A stretch of DNA of 64,000 nt from Trichoplax adhaerens (taxonomy: Eukaryota; Animalia; Placozoa). Below are positions 23,322-37,075 of this stretch, one piece after another. Position numbers and translations under genes: made by a program. Location: contig NW_002060943.1 of NCBI RefSeq assembly GCF_000150275.1, positions 10,634,209 through 10,698,208 of the forward strand, read 5' to 3'. The notes under the pieces are model-generated. The model saw only the letters and a list, made by a program, of their open reading frames with translations, had not been told where the DNA came from and did no database searches. The number at the start of each line of letters is the position of its first letter. Position 1 is the stretch's first letter.

Positions 23322-26300
23322 ATGGATAATCGACACGACAGGGACAAGGATAAGAAGAATGTTGCAAAACTTGATCTGTTCGTTAAATTAATTAACGGAG
23401 ATCAACGATTTCCACTTAAAGCAGTACCAGTAAATATGAAAGTTCGTCAACTCAAAAGCGAAGTTGAATTAGCCGCCGGTAAGTTTATTTGATAAATAGC
23501 TTCTTCTTAGTAGGAAACTGGAGATAGCAATGAAATGTAACGCCTTAAGTTGTTAAAAATATCAAGATAACTCGTTACAACCATAAGCTCATATATTTTG
23601 CAGTATGATGGCATAATAGCTTATCCGTACAAAGAAGCTAGATTATCTCCATAGTATTTCAATATTGCTATGTGAAAATTCACTTCAATTTAGAGATTAT
23701 GCCTATTTTTCTGAATTACGGCAAAATTTTTACATATTTTTGAGTAAGATCTTTTCTAAAACCGGGAAACATCGCTAAAGTCAATAAATACTGTCAAGAT
23801 ATCATTGCGATATCATTCACAGGGTAGACATATTTAGTAGAGTCATATAAAGATCGAGAATGTTTAGTTCCCAATCGCTAGCGATGTCTATTTTATAAGA
23901 ACTAATTTACTATGTTCGAGAGATATTTTATAATTATTTCCTATGTCGTAACGGGAAAGTAGTAATTGTAAATTGTTATTGCAATTACATAAGACATCGA
24001 ATTTGCTAGATATCCTCCTAATTCAATGAGCATTTCATAGAGTAGTATAAGATAGCGCATAAAATCAGTAATAAATTTTATTTCGATGTTATTTAGACTT
24101 TATGATCACCTAGCAGTTTTCAGATAACTGTTACTATTAGAACGTAATACCCTTAATCATTTCCTACTATAATTTCAGTTTTATTTGACTATTAACGACA
24201 TTGATAAATAATTATAATTATATAATTGACTATATTCAAACGGAATTAGTAAATTAACACAGTTTAGCATTTAGAGAATAACTGTTTAGTATCTAAGTAA
24301 ATACCTACCACATCTAAAAAGAATTGTTTGATGCGTAGCTAATTGATTAATGGCTACTCTCTGTCCTATACGCGTATTTTAATGGCTGACATGTACTACT
24401 CTATAAAGGTATACCAAGTCATTTACAACGCTTACAGTATCTTGATCAAGGTGATATGAACGACGATCACGATTTAAAGCGTCATGATGTTGTATATGGA
24501 GCAACAATCAATTTAAAGCTATGGAATATATGGGAAGGCCTAATTATGGCTGCTTTCAGGGGTGCTGAAGATGAAGTCTTTCGTCATGATATTACTATAG
24601 ATATGCAAGCTCATTTTGATTCAGTTCGAGAACGCCTAGCTCAGTCAGTTTGGGTTAAAGAAAGAGCGCTCATGGCACTCTTTGTCGCCAGCCACCGTGG
24701 TCATTTTCGTTTAGTACAAAAATTAATCGAGATAAATGCTGATGTTAACGGTAAAACACCTTCAAATCGAACACCATTACACGCTGCAGCAGTGATGGGG
24801 CATGATGATTGTGTTCAGCTTTTGTTGGAGAATGGTGCTCACCTCGATATCCGTGATTGTAATAAAATGACTCCATTGATCTTAGCTGAGAAATATGGTA
24901 GAAAAGGTTGTGTTAGACAATTGTTTTTACATAAATGGAAGATTAGGGCATCAGTAATGAATACAAAGATTCCAATCGGTGAGTAGACTCTGATATAACT
25001 TAACTATCAATCAGTCACTAAAAATATATAGAACTATCGAATTACTAATCGTGTAATTGGGTATTATTCTTCTTTTAAGTAACATTAATACCAAATATGG
25101 TTTACCTAAAATAGAGCTGCTGGTATATTGTTGTGAATTGTTTATTTCTATAAGAGATTAATTGTCGTAACTGTGAAATTTCGTGTTACTGCTATCGGTA
25201 TCTATAATATTTAGTACTGTCACAAGTATCATCCCGATACTATTCAAAAGAAATCTTTATATATGAAATGATACTATCATGTGAATCCATAGCAGACAAG
25301 AATCGCAACTTGTACTTATGACTGATGTATAATCAAGTTAGAAATGCACTTAGATATACTGTTTGATGCCTTAATTTCAAAAGTTTTGATATTCCGCAAC
25401 GCTAGGCTTGCTAAACATGTATTTGAAAGTAAAAATTTTTAGTCTTTGTAGGACAGTATCATAGCTATGCTGCTTATTGTAATTCTAATATATGATAACT
25501 AATTTGTGTTTAAACTGGTTAAGTTAATTATCAAACATGGCGATTATATTGTGATTATAATGCGATAAATCTGTTGGTAAAGCTAATTATATATTTTAAT
25601 CACTTTTGTAACTAGAGTCGTTAATGACACATCAAAAATATGATTCCGGTTTAATAACTTGGCTACGAGGTCCTGAAGGTAAAATTTATCTGGCTGATTT
25701 GCGAAATAATATTCCTGAGTCATTATTACGTGATGCTGCTAAGCCACCGGCAAAAACCAGACAAAGAAGCCATTCGACCGAAATAAATACAGATAAATAT
25801 AGTTTATATAAAAAGGTATCAACTAAAACGACAATGACCAGGGAAAAACACTTTCACGAAGCATCTATACAAGCTGATCTTAGTCGTAGAGGTCGAGAAG
25901 CGCGTGAAGCTCGTGAAAGGGAACAACGTGAGAAAGAATTGCGTGAACAAGAAGCTATGCTAAATAATCAAAACGGTGATGATGATTCTAATCAAACTAG
26001 TGGTGATGACCCAGTAAATCCCAATCGTGGACGTTCTCAATCAATTACTCACAAGACTCCAATGCCACGTATTAGTATCGCTAAATCAATGCAAAAGTCT
26101 ACGACAAATTTGAAAGGTAATAATAGAAGTGTACCTTTAAAATCAATGACTTCAGGTAACCAGATAAAATAGAACCTGTACTAACTTAATACTCCCTTGA
26201 ATGATGGCGATTAAAATAGGTGATGGGAATAAACTAAATACAAGCAGTAGTAATTTTGCTGTGAAGAGTGCTAATATCAAGGTAAGAGCAATATTGAAGG

Positions 26301-27403
26301 GGCAAAAAGGCAAAGTACCGTTTCAAAATCATCGATCAATTGTTGAAAAGCAATTGAAGATGGTCGATTCAACGTCTAGTGCCGATGACAGGTAAATAGA
26401 GCGGTATTTTTTATCGTTTTGTTAATATTTCATTTTTATTATGAAAATTAGGGGAAACATCCAAAGCCTTAAATAGACTTACTAAAGCTTTAACAAGACC
26501 TAAAAAGCAGCAACTAGCTAGAATATAATTGTTAACCAGATTGATGCAAGTTAACTTCCATCGTAATAACCACTAAATAGCTAAGATTGAATGTTAAAAT
26601 TGACTTCCTAGATGAGGCCACAAACTAAAAACTAAAACTGAAAATAGAGTCAGGATAAAGCTGCATTTTATGAATACTTCATATTATTATAAGCTGATCC
26701 AATCGAATAAGATATAATTCGCCTGAATATATTGCTATATTTGTATTGTATTAAATTATTACTATGTTTTTAACCGAAAACAGAAGGGTAAACTGCAACA
26801 AAAACGGTACACTACTGTATAAAATATTGTAAAATTTGCTAAAATCAGGTAGCTCAGAAAACTATTCTGGACTGATCCATGTATAATTAAGAGATATCAA
26901 ATGTGATGGTTCAATTTTATATCGGTCTCCAAGACCGCATTTATGAGTNTTATACGAATTTTTAAATTCTTTCGTATATTTCTTCCATTAAATGATTAAT
27001 TGAATGAATATTAAATCAATTTTTTCAAATAATGCTTTGCAGCAGCGATATCGAACACAATTTCGACATGACAAATATCGCATCGATTAGCCGATCGCCA
27101 TCGCCATCACTCAATAATTTATCTCCAAGAACTCATGGTAGGCCAAGTAGCAGTAGGCATAGCAGCAGTAGTAGAAGTAGGAGTATTAGTCCACAATCCA
27201 CGCAGTTATTAGATATAAGATTGCCAGGTGAGATTACAACCGAAATGGAAGCAAATAAGCGAAAGAGAATTGCTAAACATCGCGCCCGACGTGAATATAT
27301 GGAATTAGTAGCTCAAAAACGTAAAGAGTCTAGACCTAAGTCTTACAAAGAGTGGCTGTCTGCTAAATCATCGGTTGAAACAAGAAATAAGCTAAAACGC
27401 TAG
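23322..27403 (+). CDS. ANKRD60: ANKRD60-like protein 2: ubiquitin-like domain + ankyrin repeats + disordered/charged tail; 5 exons, 599 aa
   Basis: Exons 23322-23478, 24409-24978, 25616-26155, 26220-26391, 27043-27403 (1800 nt). The motifs [45 protein letters not shown] and ERALMALFVASHRGH...RTPLHAAAVMGHDDC match ANKRD60 as I recall it. Confidence 0.85.
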
Positions 27404-29272
27404 AATTAATCTGGACGAGTTATCCTTGCAACTGCGCCCTTTAAATAACAAGCATCATCTAAAATGGAGATATGATATCAATTTAAAGTTAAGCTTTCTA
27501 GTCCAATTTTGATGACTTTGAAATAAATTAACATTTAGTATTTTTATAGAGAAATCGTTATTTTCCTATTAGTGGATGATAACGATAGTAAACTAATTAA
27601 AGTATATTTGTGTAGCAATTTCTATGAACGAATTCAGCTTTAAGAATAATCACCTTCAATATTAAAATCCACTGTTAATATGGCAATTGAAAAAAAGATT
27701 AACGTCAGATAAAGCTAATATAATAGTATATGTAAGATCTAAGATGGTATCAATTTTGCTAATTGAGTTGTAATGTAACAAAAATGAGATATGGCTAAAC
27801 ACTAATTATGTTATAGAACAGTACAGTAGTGATATATTAGTATTTAAATTTACTGATATTTGACTAATGATAGATTAATTATCTTGAAGATACTCTATGA
27901 CTTGTATACTAATCAAAATTAATGTCGATCACTTTTTAATTCAAAATATTTGAATTATTGATATAAATTCGACAATTAACATGCCTTAGAAGACATAATT
28001 TAGCTTGATGATAGACATATTGCACATATCGCTTAAAAATATTATACATTTTGATAAAGGTCAATGATTCTTTACGTGTCTATTAAGTTGAGCTATTGGT
28101 AGAAAGGTTGAATAGATTTCGACTTGAGCAAATTATAATTGTATGGTTGATTTTATTTGATTTTATTAAATGATTACAAAGAGTATGTCCTAATTAGAGA
28201 ATTTATCAGAATAATTTTCATTACATTTTTTTGACTATTGGCTGTAGCATACATAAAATAGATAATGGGTTACTGCTATTGACCTTGCATGATTATATTA
28301 GTAATAAATTATAATAATTCCTTTACCCTATAAAGTGTTATTATAGTATGAAATATTATGTATATATTCTATTGAGTTTTAATTACATTACTATATCATA
28401 TAACTGGCCTGGTATCAAAATGATAGTCCAAACAGTTATTCATTTCTGTAGTAATATATGCTACTATACTGATAAATATCGATTAGTTATCTAAAATCTT
28501 CGAATGCTTAACTTCGGGTGAAATTTAAATTGCTAATCGTTTCTTTGGACCTCCTGATATTAGTCATAAGTTTACCGTTTGAATAATAAGATATCATGGC
28601 ATCTTATTATGATTGGACAAGGATTGATTACTTTGTACGTTACGTATTGTAGCTTTTGTCATGAAAACAATTACAATTTTGCCCTATGATGAAGTTTTGA
28701 ATCTATTATAATAACATTACTCTATATCTTCAGGGCATTACTAGGCATCATAAATTCTATTTCGGAAAGCTTGATAAGCATATACTGTAGTTCTACCCGT
28801 TTTAAGTCAACTGGTAAGGAGTGGCTTTTAATCTTTCTAGTTGCTATAACGATACTTTATTAAGATGATCAATGATCTGACCTTTTAATAGTGGACCTAT
28901 TTAAGCTACTCATTATTTTTATCATTTACTTATTCGTCTTAATTGCTTAATCCTTCCTTTCCATTTTCCCATGTTTCCAGACTGTTGAAACATTTTTAAC
29001 TTTATAGTTGCTTTACAAGTCAATCTATTAACTTTTTTTCCTTGTATAAGGTAAGAAAATGGTTTGATAATAAAAACAAATTTTAAATCAACTTTGCTTT
29101 CCGATCTGCTAATTCACTTTGAAAATTTTTACTTTTACTGAAGATAATATCGCTTATACGAGCGTATTTACACCTTACTATAGCATTATTTCTTTGACTG
29201 CGCCATGCTTGGATCACTCATTATTATATTAATATCAAATTCTAGCGACGTAGTTTGCATTTATATATAAAG

Positions 29273-32200
29273 ATGTCAGAATTATCTCCTAAGCAAAGGA
29301 AATCATTAATCGCACCGATAGTTCGCAACCCTTTTGTCCATCCTGGTCTTAATATAGGAATATGTAGAGTTTTGGAGGTAAAAATTGCTTTGATATAATT
29401 AAATTATGTTATTTATTGGTTTGTAGCATCTACACAGTATTTTGGATTACCCATTGACATAGTCGTTAAGTTTCGTTAACTACCGTATTATTAGCAAATA
29501 TCGCATAGTAAAAATATGAACTTGTCGTAGAATGTTTACTATACTATTAAATATTTTTTATGTAAGAATAATTACTGGCTTTCCTTCCATTAATTACCTA
29601 GCAAAGCAATAAACATGTAGTAGAAATACTCTCACGTGGAGAGTTGTACTTCGCCGTTTTTTTTTTTGCTTATTTTATACAAGATTCTGTAAATTTTTGA
29701 TCAAAATTCGATAGTTTATTCTCATGCCATTTCATTATGAGGATTGAATATTTCATAAATGAAATACAGTTTTAAATAGTTGTTTTTATATTAAATACTT
29801 AGATTGTGTGTTATTTACTAATCTATAGTGTCTAAAATACTTCTAAGCATAAGTACATCTTAAATTTAAAATGTATCTCAAGAATACCATGTTATCCTTA
29901 CTCCTAGCTATCTGATCTACGATTAAAAGAGATTAATACTAAGTTATTGCATGCATTATATCTATGATTCTTAGTGATCATGACGGCAATGTAATTACCA
30001 TACTTGAATTCACTTTGCACATAGTCTTACATTATTAACGTTCAACGAACCTTTATTAGAATATTATTTTTAAAACAATATTTTTCCTTTGAATCACGGA
30101 TGAAATTAGAAACATTTCGTTCCTCATAACATATAATATAGTCAATCATAGCTAAAATTTTGTAATACTATAATTCCAATAACTTTATAAGTCTTAAAGT
30201 GAGAAAATAGCCGTATCAAATAGAAGACCGCAATACTTTGAGTTGTAGTCATCCACCTAAAATCTTACTGTGAAGACATACGAGTAATTCGCTGTAATAC
30301 GGTACGGTAATCATAAAGTCTAAGATATTCCATATCTAGTGGTATTGTGTTAACATGATAAAAATTACCCACGCATTTTTCTTAATAATAATTTGATCGC
30401 AGGTTAAATTATGATACTCATCGGCTCTTTAGCTCTAACATACAGGCACGTATAGTCTATAATAATTATTTCTTAATATGCTTAATTTTGCTTTTCTCTC
30501 TTTAGTGGCTGTTTTCATTTTCAAAAAGTAGAATATTAGTTAATGCATGGTATACATAAATTTAGGGCTTTATATATTGAACTTTGGTGTCAATAAATGC
30601 AATAGTTACTCAAGCTGACAGCATAATCAGCGTTTTTCTTATCAAAACCGCTTGTTTTCTGATTGACGTAATTGACCAACTTTGTTATAATCAGCTACTT
30701 TGTACTTCCGGATATTATCCCTACATTTTTATCTGATAAACACCGATTAACTAACTATTAATATAGTGCTAGTTCATTAATACTTGGCTTAATCATTCTA
30801 CGAATCGTTGATCTAGCACTAACAACACTTATAATCCGAAATTCTGAAAAAGTTTTACAATCTTCTTACTTGATTAAAATTCATGGCTATGCTGTTCCTA
30901 AAGCATATCACAGGGCTGTTATTATTAAATTAGGCTATTTTGGAACGTGCTTTACTTAGATATATTATTCATACTACGTTTTATTACCAAAATTTAAATA
31001 ATTGGAGAACAATGTGTACCGTAACTTCTCTTAGTTTTGATGTTATTACAGAATTATATACAGTGTAGAGTATACTAACCGACTGTATATTAAGGATATA
31101 CCAGTAGCTATTGATATTGTGCTGGTTAGTATTATTTGAATTTTAGTTAGAATAGATTTCGTTCTTATATATAAATATTTAGCCATATTATCAATTAAGT
31201 TAAATATTAAAAGTATTGGATTATCAGAAAAATATAATACAGCGTACTATTAGTATTCAAACACCGATTAACTTGAATACAGTATTTAATTTAAAATTAA
31301 CAAGCATTAATTACCTCTAGCTTAAAGAATAATGCTTCATGATACTAATTTACATTCTGATAGGATTTGACTTTATTGACGTTATAATCTTATGGTTTTT
31401 ATTCTAGTTTATTCTGGTGGGGATATTTCTATTACCATTTCGTTTACTACTGCTAATATTTTGCGTCTTATTGGCTGCTTTATTAAGCAGTTGTGGCTTA
31501 TGTTGTCAATCTGGAGGAGATAATGATGAGCCTTTAGGCGGATGTGCAAAGTTAGTACGAATACTGAAGTCAATAATAATATATTAAATGAATTTGACTA
31601 CTTATCCCGACAATCTAAATTAATTTTATGACACTTTATCAATAGGGCCATGAAAGGACCTGTTCGCATCTTAGTTCGCATAATTTTATTTGCTTTTGGA
31701 TTTCACTGGGTCAAAGTAAAAGGCAAGATAGCAAGACCAGAAGAAGCACCTTTAATCGTCCTTGCTCCTCATACTTCGTTTATGGATATATTTATGCTTT
31801 CAACCGTTCGTCTCGTCTCTGGTGTATCAAGAAAAGAAAATAAATCAATCCCAATCATTGGATGTTAGTATAGGTCATTAAATTTATTTTTGGGCAATTA
31901 TGACAATTTCAGTAATATTGATATGGAAATAAAAATACTGCATATTTGTGTAACGTATTGCAGGAATATATTATTGCATTGAATTGATACAGTAAGAATG
32001 TTATTTAGTAAATTAGATTTTACGTATAATACTATGCTAGAAGGGCGGTTTGCTATCATACTGTGGAATTAATAATGTAATTGACATACTCCATTTATAC
32101 CAAATCGTTCTAACGATTTCCCAATTCATTTATTGTTAACGTTTTAGCAATCTTGGCACTTTGTGATCCTATCTATGTTTCCAGAACTAATGCAGATTCT

Positions 32201-35200
32201 AGGAAGAGAACGGTTGAATTAATCAAGCAACGAGCATATCACCCAGGGAAATGGCCTCAAACTATGATTTTTCCTGAAGGCAAGCGCTTGAATGATCTAC
32301 ATGTATTAAATAATTGTATAACTTGCCTATTGTAATGAATACTTACCCATTTATCCAATTCTATTCTATTTTCAATTTATAACTAGGAACATGTACGAAT
32401 AGACAGTGTCTAATTACATTTAAAGGAGGTAATTCCCAAAATTATCGTGTCATACAGTTTTTGAGTAAAACTGGTTTAATATAAATACCGTAATCGTTTA
32501 GTAAATCTTCTACTTCATCTGATATTCTAGGCCCATTTATTCCGGGTCGTTCAGTCCAGCCTGTCGTTATTAGATACAACAATCATATGGTGGGTTTATT
32601 TAGATATTAAGATTAATTTGAAGCTCTAACTTGCGCATATCATTGCATTCGCCACGCTAGTTTAATATACGTTCTCTTCAATGTTAGGATACTTATTCTT
32701 GGGTTCCTTCAGGTCCAAAAGCGTATGTAAACCCAAAAAATGTTTGTTATTTATGTCTTTTGATATTAATAACTATATACGGACATAATAAAGTATAATG
32801 TATCATCGGTGTATATATAGTTCTATAATAATAATTTCCATATGATACTAAGCTAAATAGGGCGATGATTACTATATAGTTTTATTTAACTTATCTTGTA
32901 CTTGGTACCTAATTCATGTGTAGTTAGTAAAAGATTAGCTCATATATTATATTATTATAATGTATTTGACAGACTCAGATACAATTTCTACCATATCTAA
33001 ATTTACCGCCTGTTAAATCGTCATTCCATAGTAAAATTTAATAAAGTCATTTGCGTTTCTTTTTGGGGGATTTTGAATATGATAACTGCAAAATAGATCA
33101 ACGCTATTTTGGTTAATATTGTTAAGATTACATCATAGTGTGGAAATTGAGGTAAGCATTTTCTCTAAGTAAAGATTATTCCATATCATACCTTACAGTT
33201 AGTGTATGTGGCTTAATGCTGTTAAAATAATAATCAAACTAATGGGTATCGATCTCATTTTAAGTTAACTGCACATTTCTATTATATACTGAAAATGATC
33301 AAATATTTTATTTTAAAATATAATCTGTAACAATTTTATGACTTTCAGTTTCTGCCCGTTTACCATCCTAACGAAGAGGTACGACTATTAAATGGCGACA
33401 AAGAAATATTTTATCCTCATTATTACGCCTCTGATATTTTAAGAATAGAGTTTTTAATTGTTTTAGTAAATAGCTATGTGTCATGACCGAGGTTGTGACA
33501 CAAGGAGATAATATCAAAATAGGTATACTCTACCTTTGTTGATCTAGCAGAACTACCTCGCAATTTAAAAATAAGTAGAGTTACTCTTCTGATAATTACT
33601 TCTGTATTGATATATTCGGAACCAGTTTAGCTTTTATCGTACAAATAACTTTACGATCAACATGTCTTTTCCACTTTACTGTTGGCTTTTAGCTCAATTT
33701 ACACAATTTGAGTTTACTATGGTCGCATCATGCAAGAATATTAATAATAGCACTATATTGAGTTAATTAGCAATCAGATGCAATGGTGCATTATCATATA
33801 TAATTTTACTATTATAAGAAAATATTCCCGTGTATAGAGATCGTATCTTCTCCTCTTGAATTATTATTATCGCAGAAAACACTTTTAGATATTATAAACA
33901 TGATTATTTAGATTGGAAATTTAAAACTATGACTGGATCATACAGTACTGGATAAGTTAGAAATTTAATTTATCTATTTACAATAACAACAGGAACAACA
34001 AAATTCGCGAATTTTCGCTGCTAACGTAAGACGGGCAATGGCAAGGTATATGACATTATATTAAACTATCGTAATTAACATGACAATGTTTCTTGCCGAA
34101 TCTTGCGTTTATTCTGTCACAATTTGGGATTACAATGTTTATAGTGCATTAAACGTGCCTATTACCGATCATACTTACGAAGACTGCCAATTGATGGTAG
34201 CTGCTGCTGATATTAATTTACCAAGAAATGCTGGAGTCATTGAATATCGTAAAATTAACGATAAATTAAGGTGAGTAATTGTGTTTACTATCGTTGATTA
34301 TAAATAATTGCATTTTGTGTTACTTGATTTTACAATTGTACACCGTAATGTAATTATTTGTAACGCCTGAAATAAGTTACCGTAACTTTTTTGATAGCAA
34401 TAACCAAAACATGTGGCACCATTATTATTAAAGTGATGAGAATCAGAATTGTACATATTGCACACTGTTGATGTTAAGCATTATTCATTATGGACATGAT
34501 TTACAACAGTTTTAAAATGTCTATATTTTACTTTAAAACATTACTTACATCCTTATATCATGTCTTAATTCTAGTTTGGATATTAAATCTGTAAAAGAGT
34601 TGCTTAAGCGATTTTCTGAAATTGATAAAAATGGCGATGGTCTTGTGAATGAAGAAGAATTTAGTCAGTTCTTGAATCTTCCACCTTGCAAAGAGGTCTC
34701 ACAGTTATTTAATCTATACGATCAGGTAAGCATTACATAACGTAAATCCAAATGGCTAGTATTCGAATTTTCAGGATTGAAAATTGTTTATACTAGGTCA
34801 TTTCTTTCATTTTCAGGACGATGATGGCTGCATTGATTTTAGGGAATATCTTATTGGTTTAATTTTGGTATCTAAACCAGCCGGTTCAGATAATACATTG
34901 CAAATAGCTTTTCAGGTTTTGAGCTTGTTATTATGATTTCATTTTTTCTGCGAGAAATAGTTATCAATATCTGGATCTAACATTGCAAGTTGGAACTTAT
35001 GATGTCAATTATTAAATTTGATAGACTTTAGATGTTGAAGGCAACGGAAAAATTAGTAAAGAATCTATGAAAACAATTATGACACGTAGCTATCCACATA
35101 TTTCCAATGAAAATGTTGAGGAACTTTATAAGCAGATTGATGTTGATAATCAAGGTTATGTCACTTACGGTAAGTGAAAGAGTCTGATTTCTGATTTAAA

Positions 35201-35546
35201 GTTAGAAAACATGTGCTTTACCGTACTGAATATAATTTAATTGCAAAATGTAATTGATATAATGGTTAGTTTTACGAATATTTTTGGTCTACTCTCTCGA
35301 TTTCAATATTCCAACATAATGTCAGATAATTTTTAATATGGTGATATCAACGTATTTCTGACAGATAATTTGCAAGTCTTTTTCCAAAAGAATCCAGAGC
35401 ATGCTAAAATATTTTCAATACGAAATGAAAGCGTTCTAGCTAAGATTAATGCTAAAAAACAAGCGGAAATTATTGCCAGTATTGCAGCAGCTGATGATAA
35501 TCTTGACTTAACACATCCTAATGTGATCATAGAAGGAGCTTTTTAA
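29273..35546 (+). CDS. Lysophosphatidylcholine acyltransferase (LPCAT1/2 family) paralog A with C-terminal EF-hands; 15 exons
   Basis: Exon 1 29273-29377 (MSELSPK...VRNPFVH), TM exon 31408-31550, HxxxxD motif APHTSFMD, WPQTMIFPEGTCTNR, EF loops DKNGDGLVNEEE, DQDDDGCIDFRE, DVEGNGKISKES, DVDNQGYVTYDN; stop at 35544-35546. One GC-AG intron at 32280-32386. Confidence 0.93.
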
Positions 35547-36144
35547 TGAGGAGTATATGATCTTGTATGCTCTTAGTACTATCCTATAACAATTTAAAAC
35601 GCAGAATAATGCTAGCATATAAAAATTGAAGATTCTTAATATTGTCTACTTTATTGCGGGAGAATTAATGATAATAATTTTTGTAGTTTTACCAAGTTAA
35701 TATTTGAAAATTCGTAATACTTAGGGGGAAAGTGTTACCATAATTACAGTAACACCGTCAGTGGTTGAAAAAGATTTCTAGGGGATGTCATGACATATTA
35801 ATGTTGTGGTCTAGATGATAACTTGATTAATGCATAGAGCTTGTTGCCAACATGTGCAATAGGATTACCAATGCATCATGGTTCTATCTTATTTTTGATG
35901 ATAAATTGTAAGAACGATCCTTCGATCAGACTCATTTCATTGTTAGGTTAATGTAAATAGATTGAATTTATTATGGTAGGATTCAATGATTCGAATTTTG
36001 TTCATTTATTCCTATTTAAATAAATATAATTTTATGAATACTCTGATAATTTTAGAAGTCTGCTTAACCGATTGCAGGCCGGCTGATGTAAAATTTTTCA
36101 ATTGATTTACACACCAAATTGTGATAGCTGATTTAAGCTGTATA

Positions 36145-36261
36145 TGTCATATACAGTAGAAATCCTTTTAGCTCCAATGATTTTAGTCAACTAGTGTTTT
36201 TTTGTCATATACAGTAGAAATCCTTTAGCTCCAATGATTTTTAGTCAACCAGTGTTCTTTT
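36145..36261. repeat. Two-copy tandem duplication of about 58 bp
   Basis: tgtcatatacagtagaaatcctt(t)tagctccaatgatttt(t)agtcaac(t/c)agtgtt occurs at 36145-36202 and 36203-36261 with few differences. Confidence 0.9.
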
Positions 36262-36546
36262 GGGTTTATTGAGAAGATGCTATTCCCTCTAGTAATATAG
36301 CAATTCTTCCAGCAGTGATTCACGAATACGCAATATAGATAATTGTCACCAATTACTTCTTTGTGAACATTTAACTCCTCTAGTAACTAATATCCTAATA
36401 CACTCGGGGTACGTATAGGTAATCAATTACTCGGAAAAGTATTCACTTTAAAATATTGATGCTATCGCTCGACGAGCCTTGACGACTACTGAATTTCCCA
36501 ACTGGTTGTGAGCTCGCTCGTTTTAGTCTTTCCCAGTTACTGCTAA

Positions 36547-36962
36547 TACTGTACAGTGTACAGTACAACTTTGTAGCGAAACAGTTTTTAGTACTGTACA
36601 CTGTACACTGTACAGTACTCTAATGGCGGACTAGTGACGTAGTGATTCAACGGCTGTAGCCAAAAATAGCACATCAAATTACAGGATGACTACCAAAACA
36701 TGCGCGTGTACACTGTGTACAGTATGGAAATTAGGGACTATTTCTGTGCTCTCTTGTAGCCACGTCATAGTGACGTTATTTTTGCTAGCGAGCGCTACGG
36801 CCAATATATCATGACAATACTTCATATAGGATATCATAGTAATGAGTAAACTTGCGGCAAAGTACTGCCGACACTGCGAATCGCTAGCAAAAATAATGTC
36901 ACAGTACAGTACATCATCTTTTTGACATCAATCGGTCTAAATACTGTAGTGTACCCTGCGTA
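36547..36962. repeat. TACTG/TGTACA-rich promoter region of ITFG1
   Basis: tactgtacagtgtacagtac (36547-36567), gtactgtacactgtacactgtacagtac (36591-36618), gtgtacactgtgtacagta (about 36706-36724) and acagtacagtac (36901-36912). Confidence 0.75.
36770..36902. repeat. 133-bp element with 22-bp inverted repeats (MITE-like or regulatory hairpin)
   Basis: GTGACGTTATTTTTGCTAGCGA (36770-36791) pairs with TCGCTAGCAAAAATAATGTCAC (36881-36902) at 21/22 positions. No clean target-site duplication seen. Confidence 0.8.
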
Positions 36963-37075
36963 CCGAAAGGCTCGGGAGCTGTGAACAATAACAAGTCCCC
37001 GACAACAACAACTGGGACTTAAGATTCTACGAGTTAGTTTTAAAGGTTAGTCATTGCTCAGGTAATCAAGACAAC

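Noticed and set aside
26949-26949. Single ambiguous base (n)
   Set aside because: Assembly ambiguity inside an intron with no biological meaning.
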